DNA of 35,021 nucleotides from a virus. Where the stretch lies: IMG/VR virus record IMGVR_UViG_3300049195_000059; one strand, written 5' to 3'. Made by a program: the position numbers and the translations under genes. The notes under the pieces are model-generated. The model had not been told where the DNA came from and ran no database searches. It worked only from the letters and a program-made list of their open reading frames with translations. Within the stretch, counting starts at the first letter, position 1, and every line of letters starts with the position of its first letter. This document shows positions 1 to 8,060 of this stretch, in pieces.

Positions 1-127
1 AAGGTGCGGCTGCGGCCGAGCATGTCGCGGATCGCGTGCAGGGCATCCCGGCGCAAGTCGCCGATCGATGCACTGAGTTCGTCGGCCTGGTTGCCGCCCG
101 CTGCCGTCGTGTCAAAATCGCGGTGCC
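1..127. repeat. Terminal direct repeat, identical to 34895-35021. This is a circular-assembly overlap.
   Basis: The string aaggtgcggctgcggccgagcatgtcgcgg...aaatcgcggtgcc at 1-127 recurs exactly at 34895-35021. An ORF (gpL) reads through the junction in frame. Confidence 0.95.
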
Positions 128-467
128 GCTCGATCAGTTCGGCCTTCGCATAGAGCGCGATGGCGCGGGTGTAGCGGATCAGCTGCACGCTCTTCCCGTC
201 CAGCTGCGGCGCGGGCACCGCCGCCAGTTCGGCATGGCCGGCGGCGACCGATGCCGCCGCGAAGGCGCGCAGATCGATTTCTGCCGTCATCATCGCGCCA
301 AGAATAGCGGCGCGCAGCCGTGCGGGCGTGATGCTGGTCGGGATCCTCGCAGCCTCACGCACAGCCGCCGGCTCGATATCAGGGAAAAAGCCGTCGTTGA
401 TGACGGTGTTTTCCTCTGCCGGCGGCTGCTCGATCTCGGATGCGGGAGGGCGGGCGACGAAGGTCAT
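1..467 (-). CDS. L: Head completion/stabilisation protein (P2 gpL family). This is the N-terminal 155 codons. The last 5 codons and the stop continue across the circular junction at 34894..34879.
   Basis: My translation is MTFVARPPASEIEQPPAEENTVINDGFFPDIEPAAVREAARIPTSITPARLRAAILG...TLVDLI. It contains the gpL-type NDGFFPDI and TPARLR motifs. It sits between M and X as in P2. Its ATG at 467 overlaps the upstream stop (ATGA). Confidence 0.85.
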   Translation of the reverse strand, partial: MTFVARPPASEIEQPPAEENTVINDGFFPDIEPAAVREAARIPTSITPARLRAAILGAMMTAEIDLRAFAAASVAAGHAELAAVPAPQLDGKSVQLIRYTRAIALYAKAELIERHRDFDTTAAGGNQADELSASIGDLRRDALHAIRDMLGRSRT

Positions 468-730
468 AGGATCAGGATTCGCGCCAGTTCGCTCATGATC
501 AGGACGATCAGCAACAGGAGCGCCAGCGCCTTCGCCCAAAGGATGAGGCCGAACCATCGCACCCGCGACCAGGTCCAGACGCGGGCGCTCGCCGGTTGAG
601 GGCTTCGATCTTCCTCGAACAGCATGTAGCCGCCGATCGCGGCGGCAATGGTGAGAGGCGCGATCAGCAGAATTGCGCCTGCCAGCAGCAGCGTCTTGAA
701 AATCAACCAGATGATGAACGCGATGGTCAT
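464..730 (-). CDS. Small hydrophobic membrane protein (88 aa, 2-3 predicted TM segments) inserted between M and L
   Basis: The ORF is MTIAFIIWLIFKTLLLAGAILLIAPLTIAAAIGGYMLF...WFGLILWAKALALLLLIVLIM. A strong AGGAGG Shine-Dalgarno lies upstream of the ATG at 730. The stop overlaps the gpL start. Confidence 0.6.
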   Translation of the reverse strand: MTIAFIIWLIFKTLLLAGAILLIAPLTIAAAIGGYMLFEEDRSPQPASARVWTWSRVRWFGLILWAKALALLLLIVLIMSELARILIL

Positions 731-847
731 AGTGCCTCCTATTTGGCCCGCCGGCTTACAGGGGTGGGGATCGGGTCAGATGCGGCCCTGCGGCCCGAAG
801 GCCTCCCGCATCGCGCGATCCGCCCCTGAGCGCCGGGGGCGAGCTTG

Positions 848-1645
848 TCAGGCGGCAGCGCCGCCTTGTTCCGTCGAGGCAGGCGCGGCGGCTGCGATGG
901 CGGCCAGCAGCTTATTTGCCCGCTTGATCTTGTCCTTCACGCCGGCGCGGTCATTGAGACGCTGCGCTTCAGTCAGGCTCGCCAGCGCCTGTTCCAGCAG
1001 CGGCTTGGCGTCGTCGGGTGCGGCGTCTGCGCCTCGGTCGAGCAGTTCGGTGCCGATCGCCTTGAACAGCTTGGCGCGCACCGGATCATGGATGTCGCAA
1101 TTGCCGGTCAGGTCCGCGACTCTGCGCAGGATCTCGATCGAGAAGCTCTCATTGCTGTTCTGCGCCTTGATCGCGGCATCGGCGATTTCTTCGACGAGGA
1201 TGGTGGCAGCGTCGCGTTCGTAGCGCGAGGGCATGGCGACCTTATGCCGCAGCACGAATTTCGCCAGGATCAGCGCATCGTCGAAAGCGCCGGTGTCGAT
1301 CAGCCATACCATGCAGGTGGGCACGACTTCGGCGGCAAGGCCCGTGCCGACGCCATTGTCAGCGGCGAGGACGCCTCGCACCCACGGCTTATATTCCGGC
1401 AGCATCTCGCGCTTCGCCGCAATCTTCAGGTCGATCGACTTGATCTCCTTCAGGCGGCGCAGATCGTGCGTCATGCGCAGGCCGATCTGGCGAGCGGCGA
1501 TGTCCGCCGGGGAGGCGTTCGCCGCCCCCGATGCCGGGAGAGGTTCGGCAGCGGGGGCGACAGCCGTTCCACCTGCAGGTGCAGCTGCTGCGCTGACGGT
1601 CTGGGCAGCAAGGATGCGTTCACGATGACGGCGTGCGAGGCTCAT
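848..1645 (-). CDS. M: Terminase small (endonuclease) subunit, P2 gpM family
   Basis: 265 aa. Synteny is N-M-L. There are gpM-like segments (LKxIKS..LK.AAKREMLPEY.PWV, VRAKLFK..G..L.D). Confidence 0.8.
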   Translation of the reverse strand: MSLARRHRERILAAQTVSAAAAPAGGTAVAPAAEPLPASGAANASPADIAARQIGLRMTHDLRRLKEIKSIDLKIAAKREMLPEYKPWVRGVLAADNGVGTGLAAEVVPTCMVWLIDTGAFDDALILAKFVLRHKVAMPSRYERDAATILVEEIADAAIKAQNSNESFSIEILRRVADLTGNCDIHDPVRAKLFKAIGTELLDRGADAAPDDAKPLLEQALASLTEAQRLNDRAGVKDKIKRANKLLAAIAAAAPASTEQGGAAA

Positions 1646-1691
1646 ATGCGTGTCCTGTCAGGTGGAGGGATCAGGGGGGGGGTGCCGGCTA

Positions 1692-2783
1692 TCAGGCCGG
1701 CTTCTTGCCCATGACGATGTTTTCGACGAGGGCGGCGCGGCCATAATCCTCGACAACGAAATCCTCGTTGACCGATTCATAGTTCTCGATCTGGTCGAGA
1801 GCCGGTTCGTCCTTCACCTGACGGCGGCGGGTTTCCTCCTGGACGTAGATTGCCAGATTATCGAGGCTGGTAATCATCAGCGCGTCTTCCGGGAAGAATG
1901 GCACGATGATCGCGCGCTTGCCGGCCAGCTGCTTGGGCAGCGTCAGGATGCGATGCGCGGCCTCATTTTCGGTCGCGGTCGCACCTGCGCCCTGCAGCAG
2001 GTTCAGATACTTGTCCTTGACCAGCGCCCAGCCCACGATGACCACCAGATCGGTGTCGCTGCGGTGCCAGGGATCGAGCAGGTCGAGAGCATCGAATGCC
2101 AGCGCGTCGAGATTGGCATAGTCTGCATCGGCGGTAGCGACGTTGGTGGCGTCGCCATCGACCACTTCGACGCCGGCAGCGACGTAGATCGCCTTCGTCG
2201 GGTTCGTGGTGAGCGCGCCATCGTCGAGAACGCGATCGGGAGCGTTGGTGCGGATCTTGTGCAGCCACCCCTCGTTGACGTCCTGCAGCAGCGGATTGGC
2301 GACGCGATCGGTCGCGGCGGCAGCCGAGGTGCCGTTGAAGCCGATCATGATACGATCGCGGCCCTGCTGCTTCAGGATGACATCGCGCAGCAGCGTCTGG
2401 AATTCGGGCTTGTGACGCCAGGCATCCAGCTTCGCGTAGGGGATAGCGGTGTCATAGTTGGTCTGGCGGCAGTGGTAGCCGCCGTCGTTCGACGTGTCAG
2501 TCGGATCGGTGGGCGTGCGGCGGTTGCCGCCGGCGGTGTTGGTGCGGCTTGCGATCGGCCGCGTGGCACCCACACCAACCTTCTGTCCGACCTGGTTGGG
2601 TACCATGACGACGCTGATCGAATTCAGGAAGTCGCTCGACTCCTGGATCTTCTCTTCGAGCTTTTGCTCGACCACTGGGGCGACGGTGAACTTGGTGCTG
2701 GTGACTTCCGCCGCCTCGACGCTGTTCAGCAGCGCGATCTGGCTGACATAGGCGGCGAAGGCGACGCGGGTTTCTCTACGCAT
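1692..2783 (-). CDS. N: Major capsid protein, P2 gpN family
   Basis: 363 aa. The N-terminus MRRETRVAFAAYVSQIALLNSV is typical of P2-family capsid proteins. It lies between scaffold and small terminase. Confidence 0.9.
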   Translation of the reverse strand: MRRETRVAFAAYVSQIALLNSVEAAEVTSTKFTVAPVVEQKLEEKIQESSDFLNSISVVMVPNQVGQKVGVGATRPIASRTNTAGGNRRTPTDPTDTSNDGGYHCRQTNYDTAIPYAKLDAWRHKPEFQTLLRDVILKQQGRDRIMIGFNGTSAAAATDRVANPLLQDVNEGWLHKIRTNAPDRVLDDGALTTNPTKAIYVAAGVEVVDGDATNVATADADYANLDALAFDALDLLDPWHRSDTDLVVIVGWALVKDKYLNLLQGAGATATENEAAHRILTLPKQLAGKRAIIVPFFPEDALMITSLDNLAIYVQEETRRRQVKDEPALDQIENYESVNEDFVVEDYGRAALVENIVMGKKPA

Positions 2784-2825
2784 TGGAGGCTCCTGGTGTG
2801 CGGGGGGCGTGCGGTGCGGGGTGGA

Positions 2826-3677
2826 TCAGCAGTCCGTGACGATGGCCGCGCCGCCGCCGGTCGCCGGCGCGCGCTTAAAGGTGCTGGGTTGCTCGGTAGT
2901 TTCGAGGTTCGCCTTCAGCGCGGTGAAATCAGCCTTGAGAGCGATCACCGCGTCGTTTGCGGGCTTCACTGCGGCAGCGATCTGCTCGCCGATGATGGTG
3001 GCGAACTGGCTGAAATCGGCGTTGTCGTTTGCCGGCTTGGGCGTCTCCTGCGATTCCTGCTGCTTGGGCTTGCCATCGCCGCCGGTCAGCTTGGCTGCCA
3101 GATTATTGAAGCTGGCCAGGAGCGCGGCACCGATGCCCGGACCATCGGGCGGGGGCGCGTCTTCCAGTTCGATCTCGACGGCTTCGAATGCCTCGGAAAA
3201 CAGGTTGTTCGGCGCCGACTTGCGCGCATCGAACATTGGCTTGAGAGCAGCGAAATTGAAGGCCTCGACGCCAAGGGAGGCGGGATTGTCGGTCAGGCCA
3301 AGGCCGGTCAGGCCGATCTTGCCGGTGCCGGCGAAGTCGGGCGAGATTTCGACCGAGGGAAATGGCTTCTGGCCCTTGGCGCGCATGGCGATCAGCTGGT
3401 CGTTCGGTTCGACCTGGACGTAGAGGGCCTTGCGGCGCTCGGTCTTGCCGTCGATCGTGAATTCGTCGGTCTGGGCCTTCACCGCGACGACATCGCCATA
3501 GCCGTTGAACGGCGGCTCGGGGCTGTAGCCCTTGATGTGCTCGACGTTGATGCGCGGCGTATAGTTGGCAGTGTTGAAGGTGGCGACGATGTCGTCGATC
3601 CAGGAGGCCTCGATCTTGCGACCGTCGCTGACGGTGAAGCCTTCAACGAAGACGCGGAAAAATTTGCTCTTGGCCAT
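2826..3677 (-). CDS. O: Capsid scaffolding protein, P2 gpO family
   Basis: The translation from the internal ATG at 3677 begins MAKSKFFRVFVEGFTVSDGRKI...INVEHIKG, like P2 gpO. It is divergent from the terminase/portal pair. The longer ORF to 3761 runs into the intergenic region, ending 8 nt short of the palindrome, and is less likely. Confidence 0.88.
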   Translation of the reverse strand: MAKSKFFRVFVEGFTVSDGRKIEASWIDDIVATFNTANYTPRINVEHIKGYSPEPPFNGYGDVVAVKAQTDEFTIDGKTERRKALYVQVEPNDQLIAMRAKGQKPFPSVEISPDFAGTGKIGLTGLGLTDNPASLGVEAFNFAALKPMFDARKSAPNNLFSEAFEAVEIELEDAPPPDGPGIGAALLASFNNLAAKLTGGDGKPKQQESQETPKPANDNADFSQFATIIGEQIAAAVKPANDAVIALKADFTALKANLETTEQPSTFKRAPATGGGAAIVTDC

Positions 3678-3768
3678 AATCGGTCCGGTTCCCTTGGTTC
3701 CTCGGCAGCACGCGGCAGTGCGGAAGCCAGCAGAAAGGGACCGGAGCTCGCCGTTCCTCAAGGCAGTG

Positions 3769-3795
3769 CATTTGTAGAGGCCGCCTCTACAAATG
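3769..3795. promoter_or_regulatory. Copy 1 of a conserved perfect palindrome, CATTTGTAGAGGCCGCCTCTACAAATG. It is a candidate late-activator binding site shared by the divergent O and P promoters.
   Basis: 11-nt arms surround a single central base. The same element recurs at 26291-26323 and 32114-32140. It lies in the 160-bp divergent O/P intergenic region. Confidence 0.6.
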
Positions 3796-3840
3796 GACGG
3801 GCATGATCAGGGGGTTAGCGGCGCTGCATGGTCCGCCGCG

Positions 3841-5694
3841 ATGGCCACTCAATCTCCCCAGCCCGGCGCGCCCTCTGCCATGTGGCAGTTCGATCCGCGC
3901 CGCCATGCGCGCAGCCTCTACTGGCGCGGATGGGGCGTGACGCAGATCGCGGACGAGTTCGCGCTGCACGGCATCGTCAACGAGAAGGGCGGACGGATCC
4001 CGCGCGCGACGATCGAGACGTGGAAGCAACGCGATCGCTGGGATGAGGCACCGTCGATACGCAAGATCGAGGATGGGCTGGAGATCCGGCTGCTCACCCT
4101 GATCGCCAAGGAGAAGAAGACCAGCGCCGACTATGTCGAGATGGACGCGCTATCGCGCCAGATCGAGAGCCTGGCGAAGGTGCGCCGCTATGAGGCTCCC
4201 GGTGGCCATGCCGGCGACCTCAACGACAAGGTCGGCAATCGCAACGCCGGCGAGCGCAAGAAGGCGAAGAAGAACCACTTCACCGCCGACCAGGCGGCCG
4301 AGCTCAAGCGCATCTTCCTCGAAGGCCTGTATGATTATCAGCATCGCTGGTGGCAGGCGAAGGATCAGCGCACCCGCATGATCCTGAAATCGCGCCAGAT
4401 CGGCGCGACCTACTATTTCGCGTTCGAGGCGCTAATCGACGCGATCGAGACGGGCCGCAACCAGATATTCCTGTCGGCGTCGAAGGCGCAGGCGCATCAA
4501 TTCCGGTCCTACATCGTCAGCTTCGCCAAGCTGGTCGGCGTTGCGCTCACCGGCGATCCGATGCTCATCACCTCGGACCTGCGCCTAGCGGAGGAAGCGG
4601 CGGCGGAACTGCATTTCCTCGGGACCAATTTCCGCACCGCGCAGGGCCGCCACGGCAATTTTTATTTCGACGAATTCTTCTGGGTCCACTCCTTCGAGGA
4701 ACTGAACAAGGTCGCCTCGGGCATGGCGACGCACAAGAAGTGGAGGAAAACCTACTTCTCGACGCCGTCGAGCGTGGCGCATCCGGCCTATCCCTATTGG
4801 ACCGGCGATCGCCGCAACCGCCGGCGCAAGAAATCCGAGCAGGTGAAGATCGACGTCAGCCATGACGCGCTGGCGATCGGCAGCGTCGGGCCTGACCGGA
4901 TCTGGCGCAACATCGTCAACATCGTGGATGCCGAGACCGGCGGCTGCGACCTGTTCGATGTCGAGGAACTGCGGGACGAGTACGCCCCCGACGAATTCGC
5001 CAACCTGTTCATGTGCGACTTTGTCGACGACAGCATGTCGGCCTTCCGCTTCAACGACATGATCGCCTGCGGCGTCGACAGCCTGCTCGAATGGAAGGAC
5101 TTCGATCCGGAGGGCGAGCGGCCCTATGGGCAGCGGAACGTCTGGGCCGGCTATGATCCGCAGGAGAGCGAGACCGGCGATAATGCCGCCCTGGTCATTG
5201 CTGCGCCGCCGCTACAGGTGGGCGGCGAGTTCCGGATCCTTGAGCGTCACCAGCTGCGCGGGCTCGATTTCGAGCAGCAGGCGGAATTCATCAAGGCGGT
5301 GCTGAGCCGCTACCACTGCACCTATCTCGGCATCGACGCCAAGGGCGTGGGCGCTGGCGTCTATCAGATCATGGCCAAGCCCGGCACGATGCCCGGCTGC
5401 ACCGTTGCCAAGATCGAATATTCGCTCGAACTGAAGGCCCACATGATCATGAAGGCGCAGAATATCGTGCGCCGTGGCCGGCTCAAGTTCGACACCGGCA
5501 TGCTCGACCTCGTCTCTGCCTTCGTGTCGATCAAGAAGACGCTGACCACCAGCGGCCGCAACGTCACCTTCAAGGCGGGACGCGGCGGTGAGGACGGCCA
5601 TGCCGATCTCGCCTGGGCGACGATGCACATCCTCATGAACGAACCGCTCGACGGGAAGGAAAACCCCAAGGGCACGATGGAGATTATCGAATGA
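3841..5694 (+). CDS. P: Terminase large (ATPase) subunit, P2 gpP family. The start is uncertain: 3793, 3841 or 3880.
   Basis: LYWRGWGVTQIADEF...TWKQRDRWDE at the N-terminus and the Walker-A-like ILKSRQIGATYYFAFEA are typical of gpP. Its stop overlaps the portal start (ATGA). Confidence 0.9.
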   Translation: MATQSPQPGAPSAMWQFDPRRHARSLYWRGWGVTQIADEFALHGIVNEKGGRIPRATIETWKQRDRWDEAPSIRKIEDGLEIRLLTLIAKEKKTSADYVEMDALSRQIESLAKVRRYEAPGGHAGDLNDKVGNRNAGERKKAKKNHFTADQAAELKRIFLEGLYDYQHRWWQAKDQRTRMILKSRQIGATYYFAFEALIDAIETGRNQIFLSASKAQAHQFRSYIVSFAKLVGVALTGDPMLITSDLRLAEEAAAELHFLGTNFRTAQGRHGNFYFDEFFWVHSFEELNKVASGMATHKKWRKTYFSTPSSVAHPAYPYWTGDRRNRRRKKSEQVKIDVSHDALAIGSVGPDRIWRNIVNIVDAETGGCDLFDVEELRDEYAPDEFANLFMCDFVDDSMSAFRFNDMIACGVDSLLEWKDFDPEGERPYGQRNVWAGYDPQESETGDNAALVIAAPPLQVGGEFRILERHQLRGLDFEQQAEFIKAVLSRYHCTYLGIDAKGVGAGVYQIMAKPGTMPGCTVAKIEYSLELKAHMIMKAQNIVRRGRLKFDTGMLDLVSAFVSIKKTLTTSGRNVTFKAGRGGEDGHADLAWATMHILMNEPLDGKENPKGTMEIIE

Positions 5695-6740
5695 GCAAGC
5701 GCGCACGTCGAATGAACCGCCGGGAATCGGCCGCAGCGTCTCAGGGCGCGATCGTCGCGGCCAGCGATGCTCGCGGAGGTTCGGTCGAAGCCTTCACCTT
5801 CGGCGATCCGGAGCCGGTGCTGAGCCGCGCCACGATGCTCGACATGCTGGAATGCTGGCACAATCATCGCTGGTATGAGCCGCCGATCTCTCTGGACGGG
5901 CTTGCCCGCGCCTTCCGCGCCTCGCCCCATCATTCGAGCGCCATCATCCTCAAGCGCAACATGCTCGCCGCCAGCCTTGAGCCCACGCGCTGGCTGTCGC
6001 GCAAGGCATTCGCCGGCTTGGTGCAGGACTATCTGGTCATGGGGAACGCCTATGTGCAGGAGGTGCGCAATCGCCTCGGCGGCGTGATGAGGCTTGACCA
6101 TTGCCTGGCGAAATATGCACGGCGCGGGGTGGAGCCGGGGCGCTTCTGGTGGGTGCCGGGCTATCGGCAGGAAAGCGAGTTCGAGCCGGGTACGGTCCAC
6201 CAGTTGATGGCACCGGACATCAACCAGGAGATCTACGGCCTGCCCGAATATCTATCCGCCCTGCAGTCGGCGCTGCTCAATGAGAACGCGACGCTGTTCC
6301 GCCGGCGGTATTTCGAGAACGGCAGCCACGCCGGTTACATCCTCTACGCCACCGGCGACTTCGCTGACGGAGACGTCGACAATATGCGCGAGGCGCTGAA
6401 GCGATCGAAGGGGCCGGGCAATTTCCGCAACCTGTTCGTCCACGCCAGCAACGGGAAAGAGAACGGCATCAAGATCCTGCCGATCGCCGAGGTGGGCGCG
6501 AAGGACGAGTTCCTGGGGATCAAGAACACGACGCGCGATGACGTGCTAGCCGCACATCGCGTGCCGCCCCAGCTGCTCGGCATCGTGCCCGCGAACGCCG
6601 GCGGCTTTGGCGACGTGACGAAGGCAACCGACGCCTTCTTCGAACTGGAAATCGAGCCGCTGCAGTCCGTCTTCCTCGAACTCAACGAGGCGCTCGGCTT
6701 TGAGGCTGTGCGGTTTCGCGAGCGCGTGAAGGCGGAATAG
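5691..6740 (+). CDS. Q: Portal protein, P2 gpQ family
   Basis: 349 aa. It directly follows and overlaps gpP. Its length and position match gpQ. It is followed by a terminator and cos. Confidence 0.88.
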   Translation: MSKRARRMNRRESAAASQGAIVAASDARGGSVEAFTFGDPEPVLSRATMLDMLECWHNHRWYEPPISLDGLARAFRASPHHSSAIILKRNMLAASLEPTRWLSRKAFAGLVQDYLVMGNAYVQEVRNRLGGVMRLDHCLAKYARRGVEPGRFWWVPGYRQESEFEPGTVHQLMAPDINQEIYGLPEYLSALQSALLNENATLFRRRYFENGSHAGYILYATGDFADGDVDNMREALKRSKGPGNFRNLFVHASNGKENGIKILPIAEVGAKDEFLGIKNTTRDDVLAAHRVPPQLLGIVPANAGGFGDVTKATDAFFELEIEPLQSVFLELNEALGFEAVRFRERVKAE

Positions 6741-6764
6741 CCCCTTCCTTCGCTGCCACATGCC

Positions 6765-6796
6765 AGGGCGGTCCTGATCGGGGCCGCCCTTTTTCG
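6765..6796 (+). terminator. Rho-independent terminator after the portal gene
   Basis: AGGGCGG-N12-CCGCCCT hairpin followed by TTTTTCG. Confidence 0.7.
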
Positions 6797-6933
6797 TGCC
6801 CGCGCAACATTATTTCACGCCTTACCACCGGCGGACCGGCGACTGCCTGGGCGCGCGGAACCGCGGATCGCCCGCGAGGCCGGGCCTGCGGGGGCCTGCG
6901 GCGAGGGCAGGCCGCTGCCACCCCTCAAAACGC

Positions 6934-6953
6934 GCTTTTCCCCCCGCCTCGCC
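6934..6953 (-). other. Candidate cos site (cohesive-end sequence), P2-like
   Basis: The reverse complement reads GGCGAGGCGGGGGGAAAAGC. This is nearly the same as the P2 19-nt cohesive end as I recall it, GGCGAGGCGGGGAAAGCAC. Its position (about 200 bp beyond the 3' end of Q) and orientation match P2. Confidence 0.7.
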
Positions 6954-6972
6954 CGCGCGCTTTTTATGTCCC

Positions 6973-7392
6973 TTTTGATGCACTGCGGACATCTCCATTC
7001 CGGCCCCGTCGCTGCTGGGCCGCAGACCCATCCGAAGGGGCACGGCGCTGATTCGTTTTGATGCACCTTCGGGCCCGTTTGAAGGTGTGCAGCGACGTCC
7101 GATTTCGTGCGTGGAGCAGCGCGGCGATCGAGGGAGGGGGCGGGAAAGCGTAACATCCGCAACCTTGTCCGCCGGTGCCATGTCAAGGCTTTGAAATAAG
7201 GCTGCTTTCTGTGTCACGTTCAAGACGTAACCGAACGCCACCTATGCCTTAGAAAAATGCAACACCCGCAGAAAACCTAGCTTTTTCAAACTGTAAATGT
7301 TGCACTTTCAAAATGTAATCTGGTTGCACCAATGTTGCGTCAAAGGTTGCGTCAGAAATGGCGGAAATCCGTCGATGTTGCAGATGTTACAC
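6973..7392. repeat. Iteron-like cluster with consensus (T/G)GTTGC(A/G)(C/T). It is a candidate replication origin or regulator-binding array.
   Basis: Forward copies: 7298-7305 TGTTGCAC, 7322-7329 GGTTGCAC, 7333-7340 TGTTGCGT, 7345-7352 GGTTGCGT, 7376-7383 TGTTGCAG, 7385-7392 TGTTACAC. Three are spaced 11-12 bp apart. Inverted copies: 7258-7264 and 7150-7164. TTTTGATGCAC occurs twice (6973-6983 and 7056-7066). An AT-rich stretch lies at 7270-7320. Confidence 0.5.
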
Positions 7393-7436
7393 TTTTTCCG
7401 ATACCCCCCTCATGATGAATAAACAGCGTGGTGGAT

Positions 7437-8045
7437 ATGTCGGTATCGAAGCTTCTCAGATTGGCTCAGGCGATTGCCGACAAAGCAAACGAGGATCTGC
7501 ATAAGCAGTGGATCGCCCTGTCGTTTAAATTCGCCATCGTGGCGGGCCCCGCTCACACTCCAACGATCCAGAGGATTGGGCGTCTTGATCTTGTGCTCCG
7601 GCAGATGGAGGCCGATATGCTGGATCAATTGCGTCTGCCCGACGACCAGCAGGATATATTCGCGTTCGACCGCCTCTCAGATCAATCCGAGGTTTGGATC
7701 ATCCGAGCTTATGAGGTGATCCGGGCGGCCACGCAGCAGTTGCGCGTGAATCAGAAGGAGAGCGCATCGATAGCCGCGCTGAAGAAAAGCCTGGCGCTGG
7801 TGCGAATGCCGATTGCCAAGGGCGAGATCCAAGGCCGGCTGAACGGCGATCCGCTTATCCTATCCCATAGAGATGGCACCGATCCGAAGCCCTATGCGGC
7901 TGATGGAACTTACATTATGCCGCAGGGCATCTGCACAGCAACAGGATCGATCAGTTGGTCTGCCGTCGATCTGAGTGGCCGAAGGAACGTGATGATACGC
8001 CGTCAAGCATTGGCAGATGAGATGCTAAATCTGGCCATCGAGTAG
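7437..8045 (+). CDS. Hypothetical cargo protein (about 202 aa) in an AT-rich island. No family recognised.
   Basis: This is the only long ORF in a region that is clearly AT-richer than its flanks. The translation is protein-like (MSVSKLLRLAQAIADKANEDLHKQWIALSF...). The start is ambiguous (GTG 7428 or ATG 7437). Confidence 0.6.
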   Translation: MSVSKLLRLAQAIADKANEDLHKQWIALSFKFAIVAGPAHTPTIQRIGRLDLVLRQMEADMLDQLRLPDDQQDIFAFDRLSDQSEVWIIRAYEVIRAATQQLRVNQKESASIAALKKSLALVRMPIAKGEIQGRLNGDPLILSHRDGTDPKPYAADGTYIMPQGICTATGSISWSAVDLSGRRNVMIRRQALADEMLNLAIE

Positions 8046-8060
8046 GCTGTGCGGCATGCT

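Noticed and set aside
1-127. Terminal repeat as a biological direct terminal repeat, LTR, or attL/attR pair
   Set aside because: A gene reads through the junction in frame. A P2-type cos site lies internally. No host DNA flanks the element. An exact 127-bp overlap is typical of circular contigs from de Bruijn assemblers.
3769-3795. The three palindromes as simple rho-independent terminators
   Set aside because: Copy 1 lies between two divergent start codons, where there is nothing to terminate. The arms are flanked by TTT on the 5' side and AAA on the 3' side on both strands, so no U-tract follows the hairpin. A 1-nt centre makes a poor loop. A secondary insulating role for copies 2 and 3 is still possible.
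1650-3806. 718-aa ORF on the + strand. Similar long ORFs lie at 12844-14142 (+), 21318-22388 (+), 26173-27312 (+), 31030-32598 (+) and 5364-6200 (-).
   Set aside because: Each lies antisense to, or out of frame with, a confidently recognised P2-family gene. The translations are Arg/Gly/Ala/Asp-rich and low-complexity. Stop-free alternative frames are expected in GC-rich DNA with GC-rich third positions.
6815-7241. ORFs of 123 and 139 aa on the - strand in the portal-downstream region
   Set aside because: The translations are Arg/Pro/Gly-rich and not protein-like. They span the cos sequence and have no Shine-Dalgarno. The region is better explained as cos plus non-coding repeats.
7412-7504. 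30-aa ORF (MMNKQRGGYVGIEASQIGSGDCRQSKRGSA) overlapping the start of the cargo gene
   Set aside because: It is short, has no Shine-Dalgarno and overlaps the more convincing long frame. It cannot be supported from sequence alone.
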